Of a stretch of DNA of 64,000 bases, positions 29,180-39,450 are shown in pieces; the stretch's first letter is position 1; each line of letters begins with the position of its first letter. This DNA comes from Gaiellaceae bacterium (GTDB lineage: Bacteria > Actinomycetota > Thermoleophilia > Gaiellales > Gaiellaceae). The stretch covers positions 902 through 64,901 of the forward strand of contig DATMEO010000087.1 in NCBI GenBank assembly GCA_035556515.1, read 5' to 3'. The notes below the pieces were generated by a model. That model saw only the letters and a program-made list of their open reading frames with translations. It ran no database searches and was not told the origin of the DNA. The translations under genes and the position numbers were made by a program.

Positions 29180-30024
29180 GCGGCCCGCGCAAGATCCTCG
29201 TCGTCGCGAACGAGACGCTCACCGGCGACGAGCTGCTCGACGCGGTGCAGGCGAAGGTTCGGGACTCCGAGACGCTCGTGGTCGTGATCGCGCCGGTGAA
29301 CGCACCGCGCGAGGGGTACGTCGTCTACGACAACACCCGTCGCGCAGCGGCCGGCCGGCGGCTCGACCGGACGCTCACGCGCTTTCGCGAGGCCGGCATC
29401 GCGGCCACCGGCCACGTCGTCGACAACGACCCGCTCGCCGCCGTGAAGGACGCGATCGCGATCGAGGAGCCCGACGAGCTGATCGTCTCGACGCACCCGG
29501 AGGCGACGTCCGGCTGGCGGCGGCGCAACCTGCTCGAGGAGATCCGCAAGGCGGCCGGCGCGCTCCCGGTCGAGCACGTCGTCTCCGACGTCGCCGCGCG
29601 GGTCGGCGCGCAGAACATCCTCGTCGTCGCGAACGAGACGGTGCTCGGCGAGCCGCTGCTCGAGCGCATCCGCGAGAAGGCGCGTGCCGGGCGCACGAGT
29701 TTCCTGATCATCTCGCCGCAGAGCGACCCGGAGCAGGGCTCGCACCCCGAGGCGGAGCGGCGGCTGCGCAAGGTGCTGACGCAGCTGCGTGCGGAAGGGA
29801 TCGAGGTGCACGGCCAGGTCGCTCACCCCGATCCGTACACCGCCGCGATGCACGCCGTTCGCGACGAGCGGGTCGATGCGATCCTCGTCTCCACCTTCCC
29901 GGAGCAACGCGGCTCGTCGTGGCTTCGTCGCGATCTCGTCGGCAGGCTCACGAGCGAGGCGAAGGTGCCGGTCGAGCACGTCGTCGTCGAGCCCAGCAAC
30001 GCCGAAGACGAGGTTCACGCATGA
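29176..30024 (+). CDS. soluble protein made of two tandem copies of an uncharacterised ILVVANET-type domain (Rossmann/USP-like by pattern)
   Basis: ATG 29176 overlaps the ctaD stop (ATGA), and its own stop overlaps the ctaE ATG (ATGA). Internal duplication: KILVVANETLTGDELL...DELIVSTHPEATSGWRRRNL...PVEHVV, then NILVVANETVLGEPLL...DAILVSTFPEQRGSSWLRRDL...PVEHVVV. Confidence 0.8.
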
Positions 30025-30620
30025 GCGCGCACGCCGAGCATCACCACGGCCCCCCGGTCGCGAACCAGAGCTCGCGCGTCAGCTCGACCGTGCTCGGGAT
30101 GTTCCTCTTCATCGCGTCGGAGGCGATGCTCTTCGGCTCGTTCTTCACGGCCTACTTCTTCGCCCGCGTCGTCAATCCGGACGCGCAGCCGTGGCCGCTG
30201 CCGCCGTTCCATCTCCCCGTCTTCGTCGCCGGCGTCAACACGGCGGTGCTGCTGGCGTCGAGCTTCACGATGCACTGGGCGCTGCAGTCGATCAAGCGCG
30301 GCAATCGCGCCGGCATGAAGGCGGGTCTCGTGCTGACCCTGCTGATGGGGCTCGCGTTCCTGCTGACCCAGATGCTCGAGTACGCGCGAATCGGCTTCAA
30401 CCCGAGCGATGGCGCGTTCGGATCGATCTTCTTCGGGCTCACCGGATTGCACGGGGCGCACGTCTTCGTCGGGCTGACGCTGCTCACGGTCGCGACCGTG
30501 CGCGCCTTCCGCGGCCACTTCACGCCGGAGCACCATCACGGCGTCGAGCTTCCGGGAATCTACTGGCACTTCGTCGACGTAATGTGGATCGTGGTGTACG
30601 CGACGATCTACCTTCTCTGA
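30021..30620 (+). CDS. ctaE: cytochrome c oxidase subunit III
   Basis: FIASEAMLFGSFFTAYF, GLHGAHVFVG, YWHFVDVMWIVVY. Confidence 0.93.
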   Translation: MSAHAEHHHGPPVANQSSRVSSTVLGMFLFIASEAMLFGSFFTAYFFARVVNPDAQPWPLPPFHLPVFVAGVNTAVLLASSFTMHWALQSIKRGNRAGMKAGLVLTLLMGLAFLLTQMLEYARIGFNPSDGAFGSIFFGLTGLHGAHVFVGLTLLTVATVRAFRGHFTPEHHHGVELPGIYWHFVDVMWIVVYATIYLL

Positions 30621-30627
30621 GGTACTG

Positions 30628-31275
30628 ATGGCACGGAACCCGTTTCGCAGCGAGGCCGAGGCATACCGCTTCCTGCTGCTGACAGTCGGGTACTTCGCGC
30701 TGATCGTCGTCGGCGCCTCGATCGCGACGTGGCTCGGCGTCGTCGTCTTCGCCGTGCTGACCACGGCGGCGGTCGTGCTCTGGCTCCGCTCGCGCTCGAA
30801 CGAGCCGGTGCTGCGGCCGGCGGTTCCGACACGGTCGGCGGCGGCAGACGAGCGGCGGATCCTCGTGATCGCAAACGAGACCGTCGGCGGGTCCGAGCTG
30901 CTGGCGATCCTACGCCGGAAGGCGGAAGGGGTGAACGAGCAGGTGCTCGTCGTCTGCCCGGCGCTCAATTCGCAGGTGCGGACGTGGGCGTCGGACGAGG
31001 ACGGTGCGCGCGCGGCCGCTCAGCAGCGGCTGGACAAGAGCCTGGCGCGGTTGCGCCGGGACGGAGTACAGGCGCAGGGTGAGGTCGGCGACGGCGATCC
31101 GCTGCAGGCGATCGAGGACGCGCTGCGCACGTTCGGCGCGGACGAGATCGTGATCTCGACCCATCCCGAAGGCCGTTCCAACTGGCTCGAGCGAAACGTC
31201 GTCGGCTCCGCCCGTGACCGTTTCGACGTCCCGATCACGCACGTGGTCGTCGATCTCGAGGCGAGCGTCTCCTAG
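30628..31275 (+). CDS. membrane protein: two N-terminal TM helices fused to a third copy of the ILV(V/I)ANET-type domain
   Basis: Starts 7 nt after ctaE. TM helices YRFLLLTVGYFALIVVGASIATW and GVVVFAVLTTAAVVLWL. Then RILVIANETVGGSELL...DEIVISTHPEGRSNWLERNV...PITHVVV. Confidence 0.8.
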   Translation: MARNPFRSEAEAYRFLLLTVGYFALIVVGASIATWLGVVVFAVLTTAAVVLWLRSRSNEPVLRPAVPTRSAAADERRILVIANETVGGSELLAILRRKAEGVNEQVLVVCPALNSQVRTWASDEDGARAAAQQRLDKSLARLRRDGVQAQGEVGDGDPLQAIEDALRTFGADEIVISTHPEGRSNWLERNVVGSARDRFDVPITHVVVDLEASVS

Positions 31276-31325
31276 CCCGCCATCGTCTCTGCGGAGCCCC
31301 GGGTCTCACCCGGACCGTCTGTGAG

Positions 31326-31412
31326 TCCGGGGGTCAGGTCTTGAACCGCTGCGTTCGGCCACGGCTGGATCGGCCATGTCGTTCTGCTGGGAATCAAGAC
31401 CTGACCCCCGGA
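31326..31412. repeat. 19-bp inverted repeat with a 49-nt spacer, between the convergent oxidase operon and the cytochrome c gene
   Basis: Left arm TCCGGGGGTCAGGTCTTGA (31326-31344). Right arm TCAAGACCTGACCCCCGGA (31394-31412). The complement is perfect. It is flanked by hairpin CCGGGT-CTC-ACCCGG (31299-31313) and by tandem units ACCCCCGGATCCGTTCG / ACCCCCGATCTGTTCG (31404-31436). Confidence 0.7.
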
Positions 31413-31438
31413 TCCGTTCGACCCCCGATCTGTTCGCG

Positions 31439-32140
31439 CTAGCCGCTGGTGCTGGCGACGACGTAGTCGGCCACCGCGTCGATCTGCTCCGGCGTGTACG
31501 AGTCCTTGAAAGCAGGCATCGCGCCCTGGCCGTTCGTGACGCGGTCGACCACGAGCTCCTTGGACGGCTTCGAGTCGTCGAGACTTGGCCCGACGCTGCC
31601 GCTCGCGTTCGCGGCCTCGAGCGCGTGGCAGCCGCCACAGCCCGCCTCGGCGAAGATCGCCTCGCCGTCCGCGGTCTCGCCGCCCTGCTCTTCCGGGCCG
31701 CCGCCGGTGGTCGTGCCGCCGCCGGTCTCGGTACCGCTGCCGCCGCTGGCTCGGACGGGCAACCCGGCGACCGAAGCGACGTACGCCGCGACAGCGTCCG
31801 CGTCGTCACCGGTGACGAGATCTGCCGGCATGCCGGGCGAACCCGTATTCGGCGTCTCGATCGGATAGGCGATCTGATCGCGGACGACCGCCCGGATCGT
31901 CCCCTCGCCGAGCCCGTCCTCGCGCGACTGCAGGAACGCGTTGTCGAGGTTCGGCCCGATCACGCCCTTCGTGCCCGCGTCGGCGAGCACGTGGCACGTG
32001 CCGCACCGCCCTTCGCCGGCGAAGAGCTCCTTGCCGCGGGCGGCGTCGCCGGCGTCGGTGAGCCCGCCCGAGCCGCAGCCCGTCGCGGCTAGGGCCGCGA
32101 GCAGGACCGCGCAGGCGCCGAGGAGCCCGCGCAGCCTCAC
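31439..32140 (-). CDS. diheme class I cytochrome c lipoprotein
   Basis: GTG 32140. Lipobox LAALAATGC. Two heme-binding motifs, CGTCH and CGGCH, each followed by a candidate Met ligand region. Confidence 0.85.
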   Translation of the reverse strand: MRLRGLLGACAVLLAALAATGCGSGGLTDAGDAARGKELFAGEGRCGTCHVLADAGTKGVIGPNLDNAFLQSREDGLGEGTIRAVVRDQIAYPIETPNTGSPGMPADLVTGDDADAVAAYVASVAGLPVRASGGSGTETGGGTTTGGGPEEQGGETADGEAIFAEAGCGGCHALEAANASGSVGPSLDDSKPSKELVVDRVTNGQGAMPAFKDSYTPEQIDAVADYVVASTSG

Positions 32141-32506
32141 CTAGCCGGTGGACCCCGTCGCGGCCGATCCCGCCCCGAGCGCCGCCTCACGCGTCGGATG
32201 GATCGTGAAGACACGGTCGAGGCCGGTGATCTCGAAGATCTTCGTGATGTTGCGGTCGCTGCAGACGAGCGACAACTGGCCCTCGTTCGTGCGAAGCCGC
32301 TTCACGCCGCCGACGAGCACGCCGAGCGTGGTCGAGTCGATGAAGGTCGTGTCGCTGAGGTCGACGACGACGTCGCGACCGCCCTGGTCGATCACCTCGA
32401 GCAGCTGCTGCTTGAACTCCGGCGCGGTGTACAGGTCGACCTCGCCCGCAAGGGAGATCACGTACTGGCCGTCGCCCAGTTTCTCGGTCTTGACGTCGAA
32501 ATTCAT
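32141..32506 (-). CDS. STAS-domain anti-sigma factor antagonist (SpoIIAA/RsbV-like)
   Basis: 121 aa. VISLAGEVDLYTAPEFKQQL...VVVDLSDTTFIDSTTLGVLVGG contains the conserved phosphorylatable Ser/Thr context (DST). Confidence 0.9.
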   Translation of the reverse strand: MNFDVKTEKLGDGQYVISLAGEVDLYTAPEFKQQLLEVIDQGGRDVVVDLSDTTFIDSTTLGVLVGGVKRLRTNEGQLSLVCSDRNITKIFEITGLDRVFTIHPTREAALGAGSAATGSTG

Positions 32507-32567
32507 GTGTTCGTGGCCCCCGGTCTCGCCGACAGAATGAGTGCGGTCTTCCCGGACGGAGAGGAGT

Positions 32568-33329
32568 CTAACCGGACGTCGCCGGCGCCTGCGCGGCCTT
32601 CAGTTGCGCGATCTGCTGCTTCACGATCGAGGCGCTGGGGTCGTCCGGCGCGAGCACGAGGAAGCGCTCGTAGGCCGTGATCGCCTTGGCGACGTTCCCA
32701 CTTTGCTGGGCAGCCTGCGCCAGCTCCAGCTGGACGTTCGGATCGCGAGGCGCGACGGCCGCCAGCTTCTCGTAGGTCGCTTCCGCGCTCTGGTACGAGG
32801 CCTGAGCCCTCCCGTACGCGGCGCTGACCTCCTGTGAGGCCTGGGTCGAAATCGCCTCGTCGATCGGGTCGGTGCCGAGCGTGGCGCCGTCGCCGAGGTC
32901 GAGCGGGACGGAAAACGTCGAGCCGAAGGTGAGATAGCTGGCCCGGAGCTGCACGATCTGCGCGTCCTGGGCGAGCGCGTTCGCGCGGGCGAGATGGAGG
33001 CCCGCAAGCTCGCGGAGCGCATCCTCGTCCTTGGGGCTCTGCTCCACGTACTGGCTCAGCACCGTGATCGCCTCGTTCGTCTGGCCGTCTTCCTGCAGCG
33101 CGGTCGCGAGGTCGCGCTTTGCCTCCGCGCTCTTCGGATTCTCCTGCAGCTTGTCGCGCGCGTCGCCGACCGAGAGGTTGCCGCTCGTGCCGGCGTCGCC
33201 GCGGAACAGGTCGCCGAGCGAAGCGTTCTGGTTCGCGCCGATGCCGAAGCCGACGAAGCCGACCGCGAAGACGAGCGCGAGGAAGACGAACATCCACTTC
33301 GCGTGCTTGCGAAGCCGCGTGAAGAACAT
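32568..33329 (-). CDS. membrane-anchored TPR-repeat protein
   Basis: RBS GGAGGACAC, ATG 33329. N-terminal TM helix WMFVFLALVFAVGFVGFGI. The remainder is helical TPR-like repeats (AITVLSQYVEQSPKDEDALRELAGLH; AKAITAYERFLVLAPDD). Confidence 0.7.
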   Translation of the reverse strand: MFFTRLRKHAKWMFVFLALVFAVGFVGFGIGANQNASLGDLFRGDAGTSGNLSVGDARDKLQENPKSAEAKRDLATALQEDGQTNEAITVLSQYVEQSPKDEDALRELAGLHLARANALAQDAQIVQLRASYLTFGSTFSVPLDLGDGATLGTDPIDEAISTQASQEVSAAYGRAQASYQSAEATYEKLAAVAPRDPNVQLELAQAAQQSGNVAKAITAYERFLVLAPDDPSASIVKQQIAQLKAAQAPATSG

Positions 33330-33343
33330 CGTGTCCTCCAGCG

Positions 33344-34648
33344 CTACGAGCTCGCTGTCGCGCTTGCGCGTGCCGGCAGCATGCGTCCGCGAGCTGCGGA
33401 CGCCGCGTCGATCAGCTCGTGCCATTCGCTTCCTCCTCTCTCGTACCTCGTCTGGCCGTCGACCAGGGTAGCCGTGATCCGCTCGGGGGACCCCCCGTAG
33501 ACCACTGCGGCCGCCGGATCCTCCCATGGTAGATACGGCGAGCCGGAAAGCGAGACGATCGTGATATCGGCGCGCTTGCCGGCGACGAGCGAGCCGGTTT
33601 CAGCGGCGAGCCCGAGCGCGGCGGCGCCACCGAGGGTGGCGAGCTCGAGCGCCGTCGTCGCGGAGAGCGCGTCGGCCCGCTCGGACCGCGCCCGCGCAAG
33701 CGCGATCACCGTACGCAGCTCCTCGAAGAAGTCGTGCGACGGGACGGAGGAGACGCCGTCAGTGCCGACGCCGACCCGGATGCCCGCCCCACGCAGCTCC
33801 TCGAGCGGCGCGATCCCGCAGCCGAGCAGCGCGTTCGAGCGCGGGCAGTGGGTGACGGCGACGCCGTGCCGGGCGAGCAGGCCGATCTCGTCCGGCTCGA
33901 CCTTGACGCAGTGCGCCGCGGCGACGCGCTCGTCCAGTAGCCCTGCGGCGGCCAGGCTGCGGATCCCGCTCATGCCCACCGGTTCGACCAGCATCTCCGC
34001 GAGCGGCTGCCACGGGCCCTCGCCGCGCAGCAGCCAGTCGAGCTCGTCCTGGCTCTCGTTCAGGTGCGTGGCCACGGGCAGGTCGAGCCCCATGCACGCC
34101 GCGTAGACCTCGAGCGAGCACGTGTAGGGCGCATGTGGCGACACGCCGACACGGACCCGCTCCGAGAGCGACGAGGCGACGTAGGCCCGCTTCTCCTCGA
34201 AGCGGCGCAGCGCGTCCGCGCCGTCCTCGCCGAAGACCTCGAGGTAGACGATCGCGCGCAGCCCCCGTTCGGCACAGGCGTGCGCGCTCGCTCCGGTGAA
34301 CGCGAGATCGCCGACCGTCGTGATTCCCGAGCGCAGGCACTCGGCGGCGCCGAGGCGGGCGATCGCCTCCATATCCACCCGTTGGAGCCGTTGCTTGCGC
34401 TCGACGTGCGTCGAGATCCAGGGGCCGAACGAGAGGCCGTCGCCGAAGCCCGCGTAGACGGCGTACTCGAGATGCGTGTGCGCGTTGACGAACCCCGGAA
34501 CGATCGCCGAGTCGCTAAAGCGCTCGCCTTCGCCCAGCTCGCCTGCCGGACCGACCGCCGCGATGACGCCGTCCTCGATCGCAACGGCGCCGTTCTCGAT
34601 CGGCTCGCCCTCCACCGGCAGCACCCAGTCGGCGGAGAGGACCCTCAC
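33344..34648 (-). CDS. amidohydrolase superfamily protein (nucleoside/nucleobase deaminase-like, e.g. MTA/SAH or aminofutalosine deaminase type)
   Basis: PGFVNAHTHLEY metal-binding HxH, HLNES, HCPRSN, VGVGTDG. GTG 34648 overlaps the tatC stop (GTGA). Substrate not assignable. Confidence 0.85.
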   Translation of the reverse strand: MRVLSADWVLPVEGEPIENGAVAIEDGVIAAVGPAGELGEGERFSDSAIVPGFVNAHTHLEYAVYAGFGDGLSFGPWISTHVERKQRLQRVDMEAIARLGAAECLRSGITTVGDLAFTGASAHACAERGLRAIVYLEVFGEDGADALRRFEEKRAYVASSLSERVRVGVSPHAPYTCSLEVYAACMGLDLPVATHLNESQDELDWLLRGEGPWQPLAEMLVEPVGMSGIRSLAAAGLLDERVAAAHCVKVEPDEIGLLARHGVAVTHCPRSNALLGCGIAPLEELRGAGIRVGVGTDGVSSVPSHDFFEELRTVIALARARSERADALSATTALELATLGGAAALGLAAETGSLVAGKRADITIVSLSGSPYLPWEDPAAAVVYGGSPERITATLVDGQTRYERGGSEWHELIDAASAARGRMLPARASATASS

Positions 34649-35418
34649 TCGACCGCCCAGCGGGACTTCTGGTCGGCGATGTCCCAGCGTTTCTCCATCA
34701 CGCCGGCGAGCTGGACCGAGAGCTCGAACAGGATGATCAGCGGGATCACCTCGAGCGCCAGCGACACGGGATCCACCGTCGGCAGCAGCACCGCGAAGAC
34801 GAGCATCGACGCGAAGCCGATGCGCCGGTTTCGGCGCAGCCGCTCGGCGCTCAGGATGCGCAGACGCACGAGCGCGAGGATGAAGATCGGCATCTGGAAG
34901 GCGAGCCCGCTCGCGAGCAGGGTCAGCGTCACGAACGAGAAGTAGTAACTGGCACGGATCTCGACCTGGAAGAACTCCTCGCCGAAGGTGGTCAGAAATC
35001 CGAGCGCGCGTGGCAGGACGATGAAGTACGAGAACAGGACGCCGCCCGCGAACAGGATCGACGCCAGGGCGGTGAACACCGCCACGGTCCGCTGCTTCCC
35101 CTCCTCGATCGCCGGCGCGAGGAACGACCAGAGCTGGTAGAGCAGGATCGGCAGCGTCACTGCGACCGCAGCCGCGAGGCAGACCTTCACGGCAGTCGTG
35201 AACGGCTCGGTGACCCCGAGCGTGACGAGCTTCTTGTCGTCGGGAAGCGGCCGCGTCAGTACGTCGATCAGCGTCTCGTGGAAGACGAACGCGACGATGA
35301 AGGCGGGGACGATCGCGAGCAGCGCGATCATGATCCGGCTGCGCAGCTCGCCGAGGTGCTCGACGAGCGTCGCCTCCTCGCCGTGTTGCAGGCGTCGCGG
35401 CAGACGCTTCAGAGCCAT
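34645..35418 (-). CDS. tatC: twin-arginine translocase subunit TatC
   Basis: N-terminus ATLVEHLGELRSRI, six TM helices, and the TatC layout I recall. Confidence 0.93.
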   Translation of the reverse strand: MALKRLPRRLQHGEEATLVEHLGELRSRIMIALLAIVPAFIVAFVFHETLIDVLTRPLPDDKKLVTLGVTEPFTTAVKVCLAAAVAVTLPILLYQLWSFLAPAIEEGKQRTVAVFTALASILFAGGVLFSYFIVLPRALGFLTTFGEEFFQVEIRASYYFSFVTLTLLASGLAFQMPIFILALVRLRILSAERLRRNRRIGFASMLVFAVLLPTVDPVSLALEVIPLIILFELSVQLAGVMEKRWDIADQKSRWAVE

Positions 35419-35430
35419 GCGTCGCCGGGG

Positions 35431-35685
35431 CTAGGAGACTTCGCGCTCGCGCGCCTGCGCCTGTGCCTGCTGCTGCTCGACGGGATGCTCGTCGGCGGGC
35501 GGGAGCTCCTCCGCGAGCCGGTGGTGCACCGGCTCGTCGTCGTCCTTGCCCGAGATCGAGTCCTTGAACTCGCGCATGCCCTTGCCGAGCGAGCGGCCCA
35601 TTTCGGGCAGGCGCTTGGGGCCGAAGATGACGAGCAGGGCGACAAGGAGGATGACGAGCTCAGTGACGCCGATTCCAAAGGGCAT
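35431..35685 (-). CDS. tatA: twin-arginine translocase subunit TatA/E
   Basis: MPFGIGVTELVILLVALLVIFGPKRLPEMGRSLGKGMREFK, the canonical TatA N-terminus. Confidence 0.9.
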   Translation of the reverse strand: MPFGIGVTELVILLVALLVIFGPKRLPEMGRSLGKGMREFKDSISGKDDDEPVHHRLAEELPPADEHPVEQQQAQAQAREREVS

Positions 35686-35738
35686 GGGCGGCACTGTACC
35701 ACCGTTTGTGTGAGCCCAACCCCGGGGACGAGGGAGGG

Positions 35739-36752
35739 GTGAAGACGCCTCTTCGGGACCAGGTGCTCGTGATCTCGGGCGCGTCGAGCGGGATCGGCCG
35801 CGCGACCGCGCGGGCGGCCGGCGAGCGCGGAGCGAGAGTGGTCGTCTCCGCACGCAACGCGGAAGCCCTGGCCAACGCCGTCGTCGAGATCGAGGCGCGC
35901 GGCGGCGAGGCGCTGGCCGTTCAGGCGGACGCGACGAGCGAGGCCGACGCCGAGAATCTGTGCGCGCGGGCGGTCGAGCGCTTCGGCCGGATCGACACCT
36001 TCATCGCGACGGTGATGGTGACCGTGTACGCCGAGGTCGTCGAGCTCGAGGCCGACGAGCTGCGGCGCGTCCTCGACGTCAACTTCCTCGGCCGCGTCCA
36101 CGCCTACCGGGCCGCGCTGCCGCACCTGCAGGCGAGCCGCGGCACCTTCGTCGACGTCAATTCCGGCCTCGCCTATCGCGGTATTCCGCTACAGGCCGCG
36201 TACTGCGCCTCGAAGGCCGCCGGCCGCGCCTACTTCGAGTCGGCGCGAGTCGAGCAGGAGAAGCACCGGACCGGCGTCGACATCAGCCTCGTCCTGCCGG
36301 GCGCCGTCAACACGCCCCAGTTCGACCGCGGCCGCCAGAAGCTCGGCCTGCAGCCGCAGCCGGTGCCGCCGATCTACCAGCCCGAGCTCGTTGCGGCAGC
36401 CGTCCTCCACTGCGCCGAGCGTCCCGAGCGCGAGCTGCCCGTCACCTGGGCCGCGCAGCGGCTCCTGTGGGGCCAGAAGCTCTCACCCCGCGCCGGCGAC
36501 CTCCTCCTGCGCCGGAACGGCTGGAAGAGCCAGACCACCGGGGAGCCGAAGCCGGTCGACTCGCCCGACAACCTCTGGGCGCCGCTGCCCGGCGATCCGG
36601 GTGCGCACGGCCGCTTCGACGACGACGCGCGCACCGACAGCGCCTGGACCGCAGCCCGGCTTCGCCTCGGTAAGATCGGAGGAATCGCTCTGCTCGCGGC
36701 GCCTCTGGCGGCGGCGGCGATCGGCTACCATGGAGTCACGAAGCGGCGCTGA
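35739..36752 (+). CDS. SDR family oxidoreductase with a C-terminal hydrophobic anchor
   Basis: [12 protein letters not shown] (TGxxxGxG-type), YCASKAA (YxxxK), C-terminal [21 protein letters not shown]. The start is uncertain (GTG 35739 or TTG 35706). Confidence 0.85.
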   Translation: MKTPLRDQVLVISGASSGIGRATARAAGERGARVVVSARNAEALANAVVEIEARGGEALAVQADATSEADAENLCARAVERFGRIDTFIATVMVTVYAEVVELEADELRRVLDVNFLGRVHAYRAALPHLQASRGTFVDVNSGLAYRGIPLQAAYCASKAAGRAYFESARVEQEKHRTGVDISLVLPGAVNTPQFDRGRQKLGLQPQPVPPIYQPELVAAAVLHCAERPERELPVTWAAQRLLWGQKLSPRAGDLLLRRNGWKSQTTGEPKPVDSPDNLWAPLPGDPGAHGRFDDDARTDSAWTAARLRLGKIGGIALLAAPLAAAAIGYHGVTKRR

Positions 36753-36788
36753 AAGCCGCACGAATCCTGGAAAAGAGGGATCACAAGC

Positions 36789-37568
36789 TTGGCGTTTCTG
36801 GAAATCAAGAATCTGCACGTCGCGCTCGAGGACGGCACCGAGATCGTCAAGGGCGTCGACCTCTCCGTCGACCTGAACGAGAAGCGCGCGATCATGGGCC
36901 CGAACGGCTCCGGCAAGTCGACGCTGGCTTACGCGCTGATGGGCCACCCGTCCTACGAGATCACCGAAGGGCAGATCCTCGTCGAAGGCGTCGACGTCTC
37001 CGAGCTCGGCGCCGACGTGCGCGCGCAGAAGGGCCTCTTCCTCGCCTTCCAGTACCCGCACGCGATCCCCGGCGTCACCGTGACCAACTTCCTCCGGAGC
37101 GCGATCAACGCGATCCGGAAGGCGAAGGCGGGCGGCAAGGACGATCCGATTCCGGTGAAGGAGTTCCGCACCCAGATCCTCGCCGCGATGGAGCGGCTGA
37201 AGGTGCCGCGCGAGCTCGCGTCGCGTTACCTGAACGACGGCTTCTCCGGCGGCGAGAAGAAGCGCGTCGAGATCCTCCAGATGGCGCTGCTGCAGCCGAA
37301 GATTGCGATCCTGGACGAGACCGACTCCGGCCTCGACATCGACGCGCTCCGGATCGTCGCGAACGGCGTCAACGAGCTCGTGACGGCCGAGATGGGCGCG
37401 CTCGTGATCACCCACTACCAGCGCATCCTCAACTACGTCACCCCCGACCACGTGCACGTCTTCGTCGGCGGCAAGATCGTCGAGAGCGGCGGGCCCGAGC
37501 TGGCCGAGCGCCTCGAGGCCGAGGGCTACGACGCCTGGCTCCCGAAGGCAGAGGAGGTGGCGGCGTGA
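36789..37568 (+). CDS. sufC: Fe-S cluster assembly ATPase SufC
   Basis: LEIKNLHV start, Walker [23 protein letters not shown], Walker [15 protein letters not shown] start. Confidence 0.95.
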   Translation: MAFLEIKNLHVALEDGTEIVKGVDLSVDLNEKRAIMGPNGSGKSTLAYALMGHPSYEITEGQILVEGVDVSELGADVRAQKGLFLAFQYPHAIPGVTVTNFLRSAINAIRKAKAGGKDDPIPVKEFRTQILAAMERLKVPRELASRYLNDGFSGGEKKRVEILQMALLQPKIAILDETDSGLDIDALRIVANGVNELVTAEMGALVITHYQRILNYVTPDHVHVFVGGKIVESGGPELAERLEAEGYDAWLPKAEEVAA

Positions 37569-39055
37569 CCCGCGACGTAGGCTTGACGGAGTCGCGCGAG
37601 AGCGCAGGTACCGGCTTTGCCGGTGCCGGAGCGGAAACTGCGTCTGAGACCGACGTCGTCAAGGGGATCCGCTCCGAGTACCAGTACGGCTTCTCCAATT
37701 CGGACGAGGCCGAGAACTACTTCTTCAAGTCCGGCCGCGGCCTCTCGCACGAGCTCGTCGAGGCAATCTCCGAGCACAAGAACGAGCCCGACTGGATGCG
37801 CAAGTTCCGGCACAAGAGCCTGGACTACTTCCTCGCCCGGCCGCTGCCCACCTGGGGCGGCAACGTCGCCGAGATCGACTTCGACAACATCTACTACTAC
37901 ATCAAGCCGACCGAGAAGCAGGCCTCGAAGTGGGAGGACCTGCCGGCGGACATCCTCGACACCTGGGACAAGCTCGGGATCCCGGAGGCGGAGAAGAAGT
38001 ACCTCGCCGGTGTCGGGGCGCAGTACGAGTCGGAGGTCGTCTACCACAAGCTCCAGGCCGACCTCGAGGCGCAGGGCGTGCTCTTCCTCGACATGGACTC
38101 GGGCCTGCGCGAGCACGAGGAGATCGTCAAGCAGTACTTCGGCACGATCATCCCGCAGAACGACAACAAGTTCGCGGCGCTCAACTCCGCGGTCTGGTCG
38201 GGCGGCTCGTTCATCTACGTCCCGCCCGGCGTCCGGATCGAGCTGCCGCTGCAGGCCTACTTCCGGATCAACGCCGAGAACATGGGCCAGTTCGAGCGGA
38301 CGCTGATCATCGTCGACGAGGACGCCTACGTGCATTACGTCGAGGGCTGCACGGCGCCGATCTACTCCTCCGACTCGCTGCACAGCGCGGTCGTCGAGAT
38401 CGTCGTCAAGCCGCGGGGCCGCTGCCGCTACACGACGATCCAGAACTGGTCGAACAACGTCTTCAACCTCGTCACCAAGCGCGCCGTCGCCTACGAGGAC
38501 GCGACGATGGAGTGGGTCGACGGGAACCTCGGCTCGAAGCTGACGATGAAGTACCCGGCGATCTGGCTGATGGGCCCCCGCGCCCACGGCGAGGTGCTCT
38601 CGATCGCGTTCGCCGGCAAGGGCCAGCACCAGGACGCGGGCGGCAAGGTCGTCCACGTCGCGCCCAAGACGACGTCCGTGATCACCTCCAAGTCGATCTC
38701 GAAGAACGGCGGCCGCGCCGGCTACCGCGGCCTGCTCGAGGTCGCCAAGGGCGCCGTCGGCGCCAAGTCGAAGGTCGTCTGCGACGCGTTGATCCTCGAC
38801 GACGAGTCTCGCTCCGACACGTACCCGTACATCCAGGTCGACGAGAACGACGTCGACCTCGGCCACGAGGCGACCGTCTCCAAGATCGGCGAGGAGCAGC
38901 TCTTCTACCTGATGAGCCGCGGCCTGACCGAGGCGGAGGCGAGCGCGATGATCGTGTCCGGCTTCGTCGAGCCGATCACGAAGGAGCTCCCGCTCGAGTA
39001 CGCAGTCGAGATGAACCGGCTGATCCAGCTGCAGATGGAGGGAAGCGTTGGCTAA
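37565..39055 (+). CDS. sufB: Fe-S cluster assembly scaffold SufB
   Basis: GTGA overlap with suf[41 protein letters not shown]. Confidence 0.95.
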   Translation: MTRDVGLTESRESAGTGFAGAGAETASETDVVKGIRSEYQYGFSNSDEAENYFFKSGRGLSHELVEAISEHKNEPDWMRKFRHKSLDYFLARPLPTWGGNVAEIDFDNIYYYIKPTEKQASKWEDLPADILDTWDKLGIPEAEKKYLAGVGAQYESEVVYHKLQADLEAQGVLFLDMDSGLREHEEIVKQYFGTIIPQNDNKFAALNSAVWSGGSFIYVPPGVRIELPLQAYFRINAENMGQFERTLIIVDEDAYVHYVEGCTAPIYSSDSLHSAVVEIVVKPRGRCRYTTIQNWSNNVFNLVTKRAVAYEDATMEWVDGNLGSKLTMKYPAIWLMGPRAHGEVLSIAFAGKGQHQDAGGKVVHVAPKTTSVITSKSISKNGGRAGYRGLLEVAKGAVGAKSKVVCDALILDDESRSDTYPYIQVDENDVDLGHEATVSKIGEEQLFYLMSRGLTEAEASAMIVSGFVEPITKELPLEYAVEMNRLIQLQMEGSVG

Positions 39056-39060
39056 GGGCA

Positions 39061-39450
39061 GTGTTGGCTAGCCCGGTGACGGGCGTCGACTTCGTCGCCG
39101 TCCCGTCGACCGACTGGAAGCGAGCGCGGGCCTTCTACGTCGACACGCTGGGTCTCCGGCCCGACGACACCGGCGACTCCGAGTTCTGGGTCGGCGAGAC
39201 GTGCTTCGGGATCTACGAGCCGACCACGTTCGGGCTGGAGTTCGCACCGCAGAAGACCGCGCACCTTGCGCTGCACGTCGAGGACGTGCCCGCTGCGCGG
39301 GCCGAGCTCGAGGCGAAGGGCGTCGAGTTCGCCGGTGAGACGTTCGACACCGGCGTCTGCTACATGGCCTTCTTCGAGGATCCCGACGGCAACGCCCTGA
39401 TGCTGCACCACCGCTACTCCCCGCGCGAGCCGGGGAGCAGCGACTCATGA
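39061..39450 (+). CDS. VOC (glyoxalase/bleomycin resistance/dioxygenase) family protein, paralog 1 of 3
   Basis: GVDFVAVPSTDWKRARAFYVDTLGL...DTGVCYMAFFEDPDGNALMLHHR. The start is GTG 39061 or 39076. Confidence 0.8.
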   Translation: MLASPVTGVDFVAVPSTDWKRARAFYVDTLGLRPDDTGDSEFWVGETCFGIYEPTTFGLEFAPQKTAHLALHVEDVPAARAELEAKGVEFAGETFDTGVCYMAFFEDPDGNALMLHHRYSPREPGSSDS

